A stretch of DNA of 64,000 nucleotides from Longimicrobiales bacterium (GCA_965238005.1 OZ250165.1:2464001-2528000), one strand, 5' to 3'; shown: positions 36,668 through 46,697, numbered from the stretch's first letter. Program-made: numbers and translations. The notes: generated by a model not told the origin, from the letters alone.

Positions 36668-37027
36668 ATGGCCCAGAAGCCGAGGGAAAAGAAGGCGACC
36701 GAAGGTCGTGAGAAGGTACCCGAGCGGTGGAGCGCACAGCATAAGACGGAGGTGGTGCTGCGCCTGCTGCGGGGGGAGGATCTGGTGGAGGTCAGCCGCG
36801 AGGTGCAGGTCTCACCACCGGAGTTGGAGGAATGGCGGCGGGTGTTTCTGGAGACCGGTCAGCAGGGGCTGAGGCGCCGGGGCCGGGACCCTGGAGAACG
36901 AGAGCTGACCCGGACCCAGGCGAAGCTGGGAGAGTTGACGATGCGACTGGAGCTTGCGAGAGAGCTCCTGGAAAAAAGGGGGTACGGGGACGAGCTACGG
37001 ACGCTCTTGAAGCGTGGACGCGAGTGA
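36668..37027 (+). CDS. IS3-family transposase OrfA (HTH)
   Basis: RWSAQHKTEVVLRLLRGEDLVEVSREVQV...LEEWRRVF...KLGELTM. Confidence 0.85.
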   Translation: MAQKPREKKATEGREKVPERWSAQHKTEVVLRLLRGEDLVEVSREVQVSPPELEEWRRVFLETGQQGLRRRGRDPGERELTRTQAKLGELTMRLELARELLEKRGYGDELRTLLKRGRE

Positions 37028-37907
37028 GTCCGGGGACCGGGCGGCCCTACCCTCTGACGATGATCTGCGAGGCCTGGCGGGTGGGGCGCTCGACGGTCTA
37101 TGCGGCCCGGGATCGAGAAGAGAGCGAGGGGCCGGCAGAGCCGAAGAAACGAGGACCGAAGACGAAGCTGAGCGACGAGGAGTTGGTAGAGGAGATCCGA
37201 CAGGTGCTGAAGCAGAGCGACTTCCTGGGCGAGGGTCATCGAAAGGTGAGGGCGCGCCTGAGGCCGAAGGGGATCCATGTGGGCAAGAACCGCGTGCTCA
37301 GGCTGATGCGGGAGAATGGGCTGCTGGCCCCTGTACGACGCGGGAAGCATCCGCATGGGGACCGGAGCCACAGTGGCCGGATCACGACGGACGTGCCGAA
37401 CGAGCTGTGGGGCACGGACGCGACGCGGTTCTACACGAAGGAGGATGGGTGGTGCTGGTTTTCGTGGCGGTGGATCACTGCGTCACGGACGTGGTGGGCT
37501 GGCACGTGGCGAAGAAGGGCGATCGGTGGGCAGCGCTCGAGCCGATCCGCCAGGGCGTACGGACCCACATGGACGACTACGCGCCCAAGATCGCTCTGGG
37601 GCTCGGCCTACGGCACGACTGGGGACCGCAGTACACGGCGCATCAGTTCCAGGGGGAGCTGGCCTGGCTCGGGATCCGCTCGACGGCCTCGTACGTGGGA
37701 GAGCCGGAGTGCAACGGCGTCGCAGAGCGCTTCATGCGGACGCTGAAGGAGGAGTGCTTGTACCTCCACGACTTCAAGAGTCTCGAGGAGGCCAGACAGG
37801 AGATCGACGCGTTTATCGAACGCTACAACCGCGGGTGGCTCCTAGAGCGGCATGGGTATCGGACCCCGGCCCAGGTCCGTCAGGAGCTCACCCTGAAGGC
37901 GGCTTGA
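37024..37907 (+). pseudogene. IS3-family transposase OrfB with an internal frameshift
   Basis: GHRKV..RL, WGTDAT in one frame and VAVDHC, RHDWGPQY, NGVAERFMRTLKEE in another; 1-nt loss at TGGTTTTCGTG (~37460). Confidence 0.85.
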
Positions 37908-38173
37908 TTAGGCCGCCGACTTGTCCAGCAAACCGGAACCGGTACACCCTGGCCCAGGGCTTCTGTGCTGGAGCACAGTACTAGGGCCAAGACGATGAGT
38001 AGCGTCGGTCTCGCCATGGGTCGGGTCAGCTATCGGACTATATCGGACTCGATGCGCACACGCCAGTCAATTTCCAGCTCTTCACAAACCTGAAGTTAAC
38101 GCCGCGCTAGCCAAAACTAGCCAAAACCGTAAGGCTTCCGCGGCGTCCCTCCTGCCGAAGGCACGACGTAGAG

Positions 38174-38290
38174 TTGCTGATTGGGAGTGGAAGGGGGGTC
38201 GGGCTGAGGTCTTTGGAAGACGACGGCGGAACGACCTGGGACGCCGTGACCGACGGACAGATCAACAGCGCCTCGGTCGGCGCCGTCAGG
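38174..38290 (+). pseudogene. Short relic of a BNR/VPS10-type glycosyl hydrolase
   Basis: DDGGTTWDAVTDGQINSASVGAV is an Asp-box segment like the N-terminus of the intact homologue at 46698-49094. Confidence 0.45.
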
Positions 38291-38427
38291 TATGCGAGGC
38301 CAAACCTGGCGCCGCTCCGCCAGCTCAACGAGCAGGTGGCCAACTCGTGGATGTAGAGGAGATCGGACGGGCAGCCGCCGCCGTCCGGGCGCGTTTCGCC
38401 CGAGACCTCCTAAGATCGCACGCCGCC

Positions 38428-38817
38428 TTACCGGGTCCGGACCATGATGATCCCGCCCGGGTGCCCCGACCCGTACCGCATCTCTGCCTCAGATCGATCG
38501 AGGAACTGCATCTGCTGGACCGTGGAGGCGATGATCTGCCGCAGGATTTCGGGGCCGTTTCCGTAGTGCAACTCGTCCACGTAGACCTGGGGAACGCTCG
38601 CTCTCGCATTACCGATGTCGATCGTTCCGCGGGCCTGGAGCCAGAGCGGCCGTAAAATCCGCACCAACTCGTACGCTTCAGTAACATTGTCCACCGTCCT
38701 GATCTCCTCGAAGGTGATCAGGCTCCGCCTCCCGCCGGCTCCCCCACCACCCACACCGCCGCTGGCGCAGGCGGTGAGGCCGGTGTTCAGAGCCAGGGCC
38801 AGGATGAGATATCGCAT
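38428..38817 (-). CDS. Small lipoprotein resembling a stand-alone TonB-receptor plug domain
   Basis: Lipobox LTAC; ITFEEI...AYELVRILRPLWL...VYVD...RYGSGHPGGIIMVRTR. Confidence 0.7.
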   Translation of the reverse strand: MRYLILALALNTGLTACASGGVGGGGAGGRRSLITFEEIRTVDNVTEAYELVRILRPLWLQARGTIDIGNARASVPQVYVDELHYGNGPEILRQIIASTVQQMQFLDRSEAEMRYGSGHPGGIIMVRTR

Positions 38818-38921
38818 GATGTTCCGTGGTGCCCTTTCCCGAGAGGCGGTGGAGGCGAACGTCCCGGACGCCCGCCCAGAAGAGCCACCGCCCCTCAGCG
38901 TCGAAGCCGGATGCTCGCCCA

Positions 38922-39770
38922 TCACCACTGATTGTCCAGGACGTTGGTGACCTTGGTATTCCCCGGGCCCGGAGTGGCACTGAAGCCGGTGCTCTGCACG
39001 ATGAACGAGCGAACCTCGCCTGCGCCGAGTGAGACTGTCCCCGTCCACAGCATGGTCCCGTCGTCACGCCACATCGTCAGCGTATAACTTCCCGGCGGAG
39101 GATTGACGAAGGCGCTGGTGTCGCGGTAGTCTACCGGATCGGTGTCATCGTCCGCGGTGAACGTTTGCGCCCCCACGAAAGTCGCGGAGATCCCGGCTCC
39201 CCCTCCGTCCGCACTCGCAAAGGGCGCGGCGTTGATCATCTTTACGCGGGCCATACCGGAAACCGGCTCGAACTGGTCGTCGGGAAACCACTCAAACGGG
39301 AAAGAACCAGCTGGCGTCCGGCCCGTGGGCGGCGCAATACCCGCGACTATTATCGTGTGGGGTATGGGCGTGACGTATAGCGTCACCGTATACGGCGCAA
39401 ATTCGTTTTGATAGAGTGAGTTGGTAGTGCCGGTTATTCGCGAAAGGAAGGTGTGGACGGCTTCCTCCACCGCCGAGTAGCCCGCCGATGATGCCCTGCC
39501 TGCGGGGAAGCCGGCTGTACCGGTCGTCATGGAGTTGGGCGCTATGGTGGCCGCGCCGGGCACCGAGGTCGACTCGTCGACCAGAAAATCAATCGACACC
39601 GGGACAGCCGTTGCGGCGTCCGCTCCTTGATAAGCGGAGTTGACGACGCGGATCCGTGATGAATGGCCCTCATCCTCCGGCGTAATGTCCTGGTTGCATG
39701 CGACGGTGGTGAAGCTGGCCAATAGCGCAACCAGCGAAGAGGTGCGCCAAGCAAACGTCAATCTGAACAT
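38922..39770 (-). CDS. DUF4397-like lipoprotein
   Basis: Lipobox TVAC; two RIRVVNS and RVKMINAAP beta-sandwich starts. Confidence 0.6.
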   Translation of the reverse strand: MFRLTFAWRTSSLVALLASFTTVACNQDITPEDEGHSSRIRVVNSAYQGADAATAVPVSIDFLVDESTSVPGAATIAPNSMTTGTAGFPAGRASSAGYSAVEEAVHTFLSRITGTTNSLYQNEFAPYTVTLYVTPIPHTIIVAGIAPPTGRTPAGSFPFEWFPDDQFEPVSGMARVKMINAAPFASADGGGAGISATFVGAQTFTADDDTDPVDYRDTSAFVNPPPGSYTLTMWRDDGTMLWTGTVSLGAGEVRSFIVQSTGFSATPGPGNTKVTNVLDNQW

Positions 39771-39885
39771 GTCAAGCCTCCCTGTATTTATAGGTCCCGG
39801 GTGAGCGCCTCAAGAGGACGACACCGAGTGCGACATCATATGAGGGCAACGCGAATCGAACATTGCGTCCTTACGTATCTGGCGA

Positions 39886-39932
39886 TGGTCGCGAGCGCGC
39901 TGGTTTACCAAACCAAGTAGCGCTCGCGACCA
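39886..39932. other. Intercistronic stem-loop without a U-tract
   Basis: 13-bp stem TGGTCGCGAGCGC / GCGCTCGCGACCA plus an inner TGGTTT/AAACCA stem. Confidence 0.7.
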
Positions 39933-39936
39933 ACGC

Positions 39937-39990
39937 GCAGTCCTATAAGAACTTGCAGTCCTATAAGAACTTGCAGTCCTATAAGAACTT
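39937..39990. repeat. Three perfect 18-bp tandem repeats
   Basis: GCAGTCCTATAAGAACTT x3, with no spacers. Confidence 0.95.
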
Positions 39991-40008
39991 ATAGATCCGC
40001 TTTACTTC

Positions 40009-42528
40009 TTACTTCAAGCGGATGCGGGTACCAATGGTCGACACCCGCCCCATGACCGGCCTACTGGTCAATGCCCGGGCCTCGTCGGGCGTTCGGTTGT
40101 TGAACACGTTCGAGACCTGGAGATACAACTTGACCGTCGGCGAGATCTCACGCTGGACGTTGAGCTCGGCCGCAAAGTATGAGTCAAGTAATATCCACTG
40201 CGGGACCTCCGGCGGGTTCGGCTCCAGGGGCAGCCTTTGGGAGTTCTGACGGACGGCCTCCAGACCCCTAAATCCCCTCGTCCTGCGATCCCCAATCCAC
40301 GATCCACTCAAGATCACGTCCGTCCCACCCTCCCTATAGGTAATTGATGCTCCCCCAAACTTCTCAGGCACGTCCGGGATTCGATCACCCTCTTCGAATC
40401 CCGAAAATTGGGCGATGTCCTGCCTGAGTCCGAGGTCCGTCAGGCGGCTCCGCATCCACGAGTACGTTATGTTGAAGTCAAACGGACCGGTGCCCGTGCG
40501 GAGTTGAAATTCCAATCCCTTGTTGTTCATCTCGGCGAAGTTCGCGGCCTGTTGGCGGAACAAGGGGGGCCCCGTGCCGGAGAGTGGCAGGACGCTGTCG
40601 ACGAGGACCCGAGCAACCCAATCCTCGACCGTCTGGTCATAGAACGTGACCGTGAACAAATTCCGCCCCTGATAGATTTCAAATCCGACCTCCGGGCCAT
40701 GCTGTGAGCCGGGCTTGAGATCGTCGGGTGGAAATCTGCACCACGTTAGAGGTCCATACTCCTCAATTACGTCTGGGTTGCAAGGGCTCCCAAAACCGTC
40801 ATTCCGCTTCGGCTGAAGGACGGATTTCGCCCAGGCGCCCCGAAGCTTCGCTTGCGCTGAGCCGATGTCTGTCACATAGCTGAGGCCGAAACGCGGATTC
40901 CATATGGCGTCGTTCTGGGACTCGAAGTTCCGGTTTTGATCGAGCCGAATCCCCGCTGTGAGGAAGAGCTGGTCCGCGATCTCCAATACCTCCTGGGCGA
41001 AGGTCCCGTAGTGGTTCTGGTTCGTTCGCAGCGCGAGGACGGTAAAGGTTCTAGGGCGGTCAGGGCTACGAGCAGACCAAAGACCCTCTTTTTCGTTATG
41101 CCCGAAGACTTGGGAGGCGGTGGAGAGGTAATGCCACCACTCGGCGCCGATCGTGAACACCGAACGCACGTTGTCATTGAGTGCTCGGTCAATCGTGGTG
41201 TTGTAGGCGACGGTCGTACGCGTATACGGATCGCTCCAATATGAGAATCCGGTGTCGTTAACCCTTCTGAAACGGCGATTTTTAGGCGCGTTTAAGTCCT
41301 CTGCATGATCGCGACCGAGCGTCAGCTTGTGCGACCACCACGACGTGGGGGCGTACGTAAAATTGAAGCCTATTGTATTGCCGGACTGTTCGTAGTCACC
41401 CCGGACTGTAGGCACCAGGCCCGTGCCGTTGCCCACATCAAATTCGCCGGTAAGGCGTCTTGAATTGAAATACTGGGCCTGGCCACGGCTTGACAGGCGC
41501 TGGAACCCTCTCACGTTGAGGTCCGCGGTAAACGGCCCCTCGTGGAGGCGCACACTGGCAGCGCCGCTGTTCACGTCCTGGAAATACTTTCTGAACCAGG
41601 CACCCTCGTGCGTACGCGACACGGTCCCACCATACGATAGGCGTCCGTCACTCGATGACCCCTGGACCCCGAACGAGACGTCGTACCGCGGAGCGACGGT
41701 GCTGTTATACGGGCCCTCAATTATACCAGTTGAGGCCTGCAGGTTCATTTTTACCAGGTCCGCTCCTGGCGCACCGCGCTTGGTATAGATCTGGATGATA
41801 CCGCTCGCGGCATTTGCCCCGTATATGGTGGACGCCTGCGGTCCGGGAATGATCTCCACCCGCTCGATCGATTGGGGGTCGACATTGTTGAGCCAAGCGA
41901 CAAACATGGTACCAACCATCTCAATGCCATCGATGTACGTCGTGACCCCCTGCTGCCCCCACCCGGTGCTTACATCTCCTCGCATGTATACCTCGGCTTG
42001 GCCGTACCAGTTAGCTGCGGTATTCAGTGCGATGGCTCCAGGGACCTCACCCCGAAGCAACTGACCGAGCTGCGTAATCGATCTCTCTTCGATCATCTGG
42101 GCGTCGATCAGCGTCACGGTGGTGGGAACCGCCTTCTGCGTTGATATCACTCCCGTCGCGCTCACCACGATCTCATCCAGAAAAAGGGCCGACACTTCCA
42201 ACTCAAAGTCGACAACCGCGGCGCCGCTGCTAACCGTCACGGATCTCCGCGCGTCGACATACCCGAGCCGCTCCACTACCACCGTGTACGTCCCCGCAGG
42301 AACGTTAGTGATGGTATAGCGACCGTAGTTGTCCGCGTTCCCGTCGTAGGAGGTCCCTTCTAGGAACGCTCTGGCCGCGCCCAGGAATTCTCCCGTCGAG
42401 GCGTCCGTGATTTGGCCCGTGACCGAGCCGGCTCCCTGGGCGTGGGCCACCGGCACCAGGGGTGGAAACACGAACGCGAAGAGCAAGGCGGCGAGGCCCA
42501 CTTTTCGGACGATGGTCTTCATACTCAT
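40009..42528 (-). CDS. SusC/RagA-like TonB-dependent receptor
   Basis: Signal peptide, carboxypeptidase-regulatory-like N-domain, LDEIVVSA TonB box, IERVEIIPGPQASTIYGANAASGIIQIYTKRG plug signature, barrel. Confidence 0.9.
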   Translation of the reverse strand: MSMKTIVRKVGLAALLFAFVFPPLVPVAHAQGAGSVTGQITDASTGEFLGAARAFLEGTSYDGNADNYGRYTITNVPAGTYTVVVERLGYVDARRSVTVSSGAAVVDFELEVSALFLDEIVVSATGVISTQKAVPTTVTLIDAQMIEERSITQLGQLLRGEVPGAIALNTAANWYGQAEVYMRGDVSTGWGQQGVTTYIDGIEMVGTMFVAWLNNVDPQSIERVEIIPGPQASTIYGANAASGIIQIYTKRGAPGADLVKMNLQASTGIIEGPYNSTVAPRYDVSFGVQGSSSDGRLSYGGTVSRTHEGAWFRKYFQDVNSGAASVRLHEGPFTADLNVRGFQRLSSRGQAQYFNSRRLTGEFDVGNGTGLVPTVRGDYEQSGNTIGFNFTYAPTSWWSHKLTLGRDHAEDLNAPKNRRFRRVNDTGFSYWSDPYTRTTVAYNTTIDRALNDNVRSVFTIGAEWWHYLSTASQVFGHNEKEGLWSARSPDRPRTFTVLALRTNQNHYGTFAQEVLEIADQLFLTAGIRLDQNRNFESQNDAIWNPRFGLSYVTDIGSAQAKLRGAWAKSVLQPKRNDGFGSPCNPDVIEEYGPLTWCRFPPDDLKPGSQHGPEVGFEIYQGRNLFTVTFYDQTVEDWVARVLVDSVLPLSGTGPPLFRQQAANFAEMNNKGLEFQLRTGTGPFDFNITYSWMRSRLTDLGLRQDIAQFSGFEEGDRIPDVPEKFGGASITYREGGTDVILSGSWIGDRRTRGFRGLEAVRQNSQRLPLEPNPPEVPQWILLDSYFAAELNVQREISPTVKLYLQVSNVFNNRTPDEARALTSRPVMGRVSTIGTRIRLK

Positions 42529-42750
42529 GATCTCCTCCAAAGTTGATTGGCACACGTCTTCACGGACTACGTTTCGTGGCCCGTGATGTGTCTCTCCCTC
42601 CGTTCCTACCTCGGTTCCTAAGCATCACCCTCCCAAGAGTAAAAGGAATGACATGTTGAAGGGGACGGCCCCCTCCGAAAGGTTGATTACTTATACGATG
42701 GTTGACCCAATCCGTCAAGAGGGGCGAATGGAAGGTGCGTATCATCGAGG

Positions 42751-45045
42751 TCACCTCCCGCCGGGCGGGAGATGCTCGAGCCAATACCGTGACATGAGCC
42801 GGAAGAGATGCGGCCGGGTCTCTTCTCCTTCCCTCATCCCATGATTGCGGTTGGGGTACAATACGTACTCGAACGGCTTGCCTAGCTCGATGAGCCGATT
42901 CACCAGATGCTCGATGATCTGAATATGGGTGTTGGTCTCGCCCGAGCCGGTCACGATGAGGAGGCGCCCCTTCAACCCTTCGGCATAGTAGAGCGGAGCG
43001 GCGACGCGGTACCCCTCGGGATTCTCCTCGGGCGTCCGCATGAAGATCTCCTGGTACCACGCGTTGTACAGATCTGCTTGTGGCTTCGGCACGACGGCGA
43101 TGCCGACGTGATACTGATCCGGCTTTCTGAAGAGCGCGTTCAAGGTGTTCGTGCCGCCGCCGCTCCACCCCCAGATCCCCACGCGTGACAAATCGACGTA
43201 AGAGCGCGTGCGGCCCAGCTCGCGAAGTCCGTCCGCCTGTTCTTCCGTCGACAGCGGACCCAAGCTTCCGAAGACCGCCCGGCGCCATGCCGCACCCTTG
43301 GGCGCGGGCGTTCCCCGATTGTCTATCGAGACCACGAGGTACCCTTCGTCGGCGAGGGAACGGTGGTAGAGGCTGTGGCCCTGCTGACCTCTTCCCCAGT
43401 CATCCAGGACTGTCTGCCCCGCAGGCTCTCCGTAGACGAAGACGACCACGGGGTATTTCTTGCCCGCATCGAAGTCCCGGGGCTTGATCATCAGCGCGTC
43501 CATCACGACACCGTTCCCGATGTCCAGCGTGAAGAACTCGGTCGGGCCGGCGATCCACGCTTTCAACTTCTCACGAAGCGCGGCGTTGTCCTCCAGCACG
43601 CGCACGGTGCGGTGCGCCGGCAGCTCGATCAGCTCGAACACCGGCGGCGTGTCGAAGGTCGAGTATGTATGGACGGCAAAGCGGGCGTCGGGTGAGAAAT
43701 CGTAGCTGTGCGTTCCGGGCTGATCTTCCGGCGTCACCCGCTCAGCGTCTCCAGTCGCATCCAGGCGCACGCGATAGAGATACCTCTGGGCGCCGTCGTC
43801 GGGTGACGCATGGTAATAGAGCCAGCCGCCCTCCTCGTCGATCGTTCCCTTCCCGCGCGTCACGATGTCGTGCGCACCGCGAGTGAGCAGCGTCTCCTTC
43901 CTGCCGTCGCGCGAGATGAGATACGCATGCCGCCAGCCATCCTTCTCGCTCACCAGCACGAACGCCTGCCCGTCGCCCAACCAGTCGATGCCGCCGTTCG
44001 TCTGGTCGCTGCTGTCCACCCAAGCCGAGTCGGCTTCTTGGTAGGCACTACTGACCCTGCCGGTTCGAACGTTGGCGAACAGCACATTGCGCCGATCGCG
44101 CGCTCGGGATAGCTGCTCCACGACGAGCTCCTCCGAGTTCGCCGCCCAATCGAGACCTCTGAGGTAGAACGTTCCCGGCTGGCCTGGAAGAGCCATCCAA
44201 CGGGTCGGGCCGCCGTCGGCGCTCACCACACCCAGGCGCAGTTTCGCGATCGGAGTTCCCACCTTCGGAAAGCGCAAATACTCTGCAACCGGATACAGGC
44301 TCTCCGTATAGTTGATGCGCGGGAACATCCCGACCTCGCGCGAGTCCACCTGAATGTAGGCGATCTGCTCGCTGTCAGGGCTCCAGCGCACACCGCCTCC
44401 AGGCCCCCAGTCGCTGACGCCATTGCCCAACGATCCGGGCATCCCGTCGTGCGTGAGTCTGGTATTCCGGCCACTCGACACGTCATGGACGTACAGATTG
44501 TGCCCATGGATGTAGAGGACACGCCGGCCATCGGGAGAAAGCGCATCCCCCACCCGGCAGGACGCGACTCCGGACAGGACCATCCGCAATTCTGTGGACT
44601 CCAGATCGAGCAACCAACAATCGCTGACCGGGCCGCCGTCTGGCAGCTCACGCGTGTTCGCTTGGAGAAGTAGGCGCCGCCCATTCGGCGAGAGCCCGAA
44701 ATCTTCGATGACGAGGGGCCCGGATGTGCCGGATGGGACTAGCTGCGACGAGGACCGGATCACCTCGCGTGTGCCGCTGGCGGCATCATAGCGCACGAGC
44801 TCCTGCGCCCCGTCGGAGGTGGGCTCGAGCACGAGAAGGCCGGATCCATCCGGAAGCCAAAGCGCCGATGGACGTTTGGCCTGCATCTCGTTCGTCTCAT
44901 AGATCGCACGGATCCGTGCATCCAGCTCCGCAGGCAGCTCGGGAGAAGGAACGATCGCCGGTGATCCGCCGCCGCACGCGAGGAGAAGAGAGCAGCACGA
45001 CAGCACGAACGCGGTCAGCGTGGTCCTGCGGGGACATGGGGACAT
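42751..45045 (-). CDS. S9B dipeptidyl peptidase IV-like lipoprotein
   Basis: Lipobox LLAC, DPPIV N-terminal propeller, GWSGGG nucleophile, YPNRNH. Confidence 0.9.
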   Translation of the reverse strand: MSPCPRRTTLTAFVLSCCSLLLACGGGSPAIVPSPELPAELDARIRAIYETNEMQAKRPSALWLPDGSGLLVLEPTSDGAQELVRYDAASGTREVIRSSSQLVPSGTSGPLVIEDFGLSPNGRRLLLQANTRELPDGGPVSDCWLLDLESTELRMVLSGVASCRVGDALSPDGRRVLYIHGHNLYVHDVSSGRNTRLTHDGMPGSLGNGVSDWGPGGGVRWSPDSEQIAYIQVDSREVGMFPRINYTESLYPVAEYLRFPKVGTPIAKLRLGVVSADGGPTRWMALPGQPGTFYLRGLDWAANSEELVVEQLSRARDRRNVLFANVRTGRVSSAYQEADSAWVDSSDQTNGGIDWLGDGQAFVLVSEKDGWRHAYLISRDGRKETLLTRGAHDIVTRGKGTIDEEGGWLYYHASPDDGAQRYLYRVRLDATGDAERVTPEDQPGTHSYDFSPDARFAVHTYSTFDTPPVFELIELPAHRTVRVLEDNAALREKLKAWIAGPTEFFTLDIGNGVVMDALMIKPRDFDAGKKYPVVVFVYGEPAGQTVLDDWGRGQQGHSLYHRSLADEGYLVVSIDNRGTPAPKGAAWRRAVFGSLGPLSTEEQADGLRELGRTRSYVDLSRVGIWGWSGGGTNTLNALFRKPDQYHVGIAVVPKPQADLYNAWYQEIFMRTPEENPEGYRVAAPLYYAEGLKGRLLIVTGSGETNTHIQIIEHLVNRLIELGKPFEYVLYPNRNHGMREGEETRPHLFRLMSRYWLEHLPPGGR

Positions 45046-45165
45046 CGCTAGGCACCTCCCTCACGACAGATGGGCAGCAAAGCTTTCGGCGGCCAGCGAC
45101 CCGGCCGCGCCGTCGCTGTCAGAATAGCTCGAGGTATGTAACGGCCGCTTTGCGGCCGCATGCTT

Positions 45166-46554
45166 TCAGATTTCCAGGAGGGCCCACTCCTTTGTCAGGT
45201 TCGGCACGCTTCCCTGAACCCAGCCCTTCTCCGTTCCTACCACCACGAGATCCGAGGGGTTGTAACCGTAGCCGCCCTCGGGATTGAAGAGGCCAGGCTC
45301 CATGGAGAAGGTCATGTTCTCTTCGAGTAAGGTGGTCTCGCCCAGTGAGATGAACGGCTCCTGATGGCCCTCCATGCCCTCGCCGTGCGCCACACGCTGA
45401 TACAGGTACTTCTGCATTCCGTTCTCGACCTGATATTCGTGGATCGCCTTCGCGACGTCCTGGCAGGGTGTGCCGGCCTTGGACAGCTCGATCTGCATAC
45501 GCGAGCCTTCGGCCATGACCTCCCATACTTTCTCCCAATCCGGATTCCAGGGCGCGATGTGATAAGGGCAATAGAGCTCCCCGCCAACGCCTCCGAGCCT
45601 CACGCCACCGGAGACTTGAAGAGAGTCTCCTTTCCTGACCGGGTTGTGATGAAACTGGTTGGGATGTGGGTAGGCCGTGCCGATACCGGTCCGGCAGCCG
45701 ATACGGACACTGATCCCCACCGCGGTGTGGGGGTGGCCGTCGCGTTTGATGTCTCTCATGACCAAATCGGTCCCATACTCCGTCGCCGCCATCCCGATCT
45801 TGAAATCGGTGAGGTCGGTACCGTGTTCGAGGATGTAGTCGCGGGTCCAGGCATGGATCTGGCTGAAATAGTTGTAGGCCCTTTGTGAGAGCACGAGCTC
45901 CTCGGGTGTCTTGACCCGGCGCATCTTGATGCAGATGTCGCCCACGTCCTCGAAGGCCGCCCTGGGAAGAACCTCGGTCATGCGCTTCAAGCGCCCGACC
46001 GAGGGCGAGGCGCTGAGGCCGATCTTCTTGTCCCCGAAGCCTCGCCCTGCAATTCCCTTGAGCGCCCACTCGACGAGGTCCACGGGCGGCCCCGTGGCCA
46101 CTTTGCCCTGGTCGGGGTAGCCGTCCGCTGACGGCGGGTAGTCGAAGTAGTAGTCCGCCCCGTCAGACCACCAGCTTCGTACGATCTCCATGTCGAGGCC
46201 CGGGTGAAACCAATAGACCGCGAGCTCGTTCGTGGGAATGAAGCAGGAAAAGGGCCGCTCCGTCGTCGAGTGGAAGAGCCCGGTAAAGTAGATGATGTTC
46301 CAGCGATCGGTGATCCAGATTCCGTCGAGGCCTCGCTCGCCAAGCTTCTCTTGAAGACGTTGCACGGTTGCCTGATGCCATTCGAGCGGTAGGCGGTCGA
46401 CGGTCGCCGGCTCCAGGTGCTCGGGACGGCTGACGAGCATGGCCGCCGACCCGGCCCCGCCCGCCGATTGGCCGCCGGGCGCACAAGAAGCACCGACGGC
46501 CGCGCTCAGGCTCATCGCGCCCGATTGTTTGAAGAACTCTCTCCGTGTGGTCAT
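45166..46554 (-). CDS. Tat-exported M24-fold (creatinase/Xaa-Pro peptidase-like) hydrolase
   Basis: TRREFFK Tat motif, NIIYFTG, RRVKTPEE, HGEGMEGH, SMEPG. Confidence 0.85.
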   Translation of the reverse strand: MTTRREFFKQSGAMSLSAAVGASCAPGGQSAGGAGSAAMLVSRPEHLEPATVDRLPLEWHQATVQRLQEKLGERGLDGIWITDRWNIIYFTGLFHSTTERPFSCFIPTNELAVYWFHPGLDMEIVRSWWSDGADYYFDYPPSADGYPDQGKVATGPPVDLVEWALKGIAGRGFGDKKIGLSASPSVGRLKRMTEVLPRAAFEDVGDICIKMRRVKTPEELVLSQRAYNYFSQIHAWTRDYILEHGTDLTDFKIGMAATEYGTDLVMRDIKRDGHPHTAVGISVRIGCRTGIGTAYPHPNQFHHNPVRKGDSLQVSGGVRLGGVGGELYCPYHIAPWNPDWEKVWEVMAEGSRMQIELSKAGTPCQDVAKAIHEYQVENGMQKYLYQRVAHGEGMEGHQEPFISLGETTLLEENMTFSMEPGLFNPEGGYGYNPSDLVVVGTEKGWVQGSVPNLTKEWALLEI

Positions 46555-46697
46555 GATGCACTCCTCACTATAATTTGCGTTAGATATAAGCTCTCCACCT
46601 TCTCTACCGCAACAGGCATCCGTGCGGTCTTCGCCGCTGTTCGCCGCGCTCGCCCAAGACCTCCATCACCCGCGAGTCCGGAGGCCCGGTCTGCGCG

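Larger units (their letters stand above)
36600..37946 (+). mobile_element. IS3-family insertion sequence (1347 bp), probably inactive
   Basis: Imperfect TIRs (TTTAGCGCCCACGGTTTCTCTGGACA and TGTCCAGCAAACCGGAACCGGTACA), 4-bp target duplication CCCT (36596-36599 and 37947-37950), orfA HTH, AAAAAAG slippery site at ~36972, orfB DDE integrase core. Confidence 0.92.
35767..38017 (-). pseudogene. Outer-membrane beta-barrel-like gene interrupted by an IS and a nonsense codon
   Basis: Removing the IS and one CCCT copy joins MARPTLLIVLALVLCSSTEALGQG in frame to KKIWERLSF...VDIGP*VEYRR...MLGLAMDW...TFAAKF. Confidence 0.8.

Noticed and set aside
39937..39990. Possible CRISPR array
   Set aside because: The repeats are 18 bp and directly adjacent with no spacers, and no cas genes were seen.
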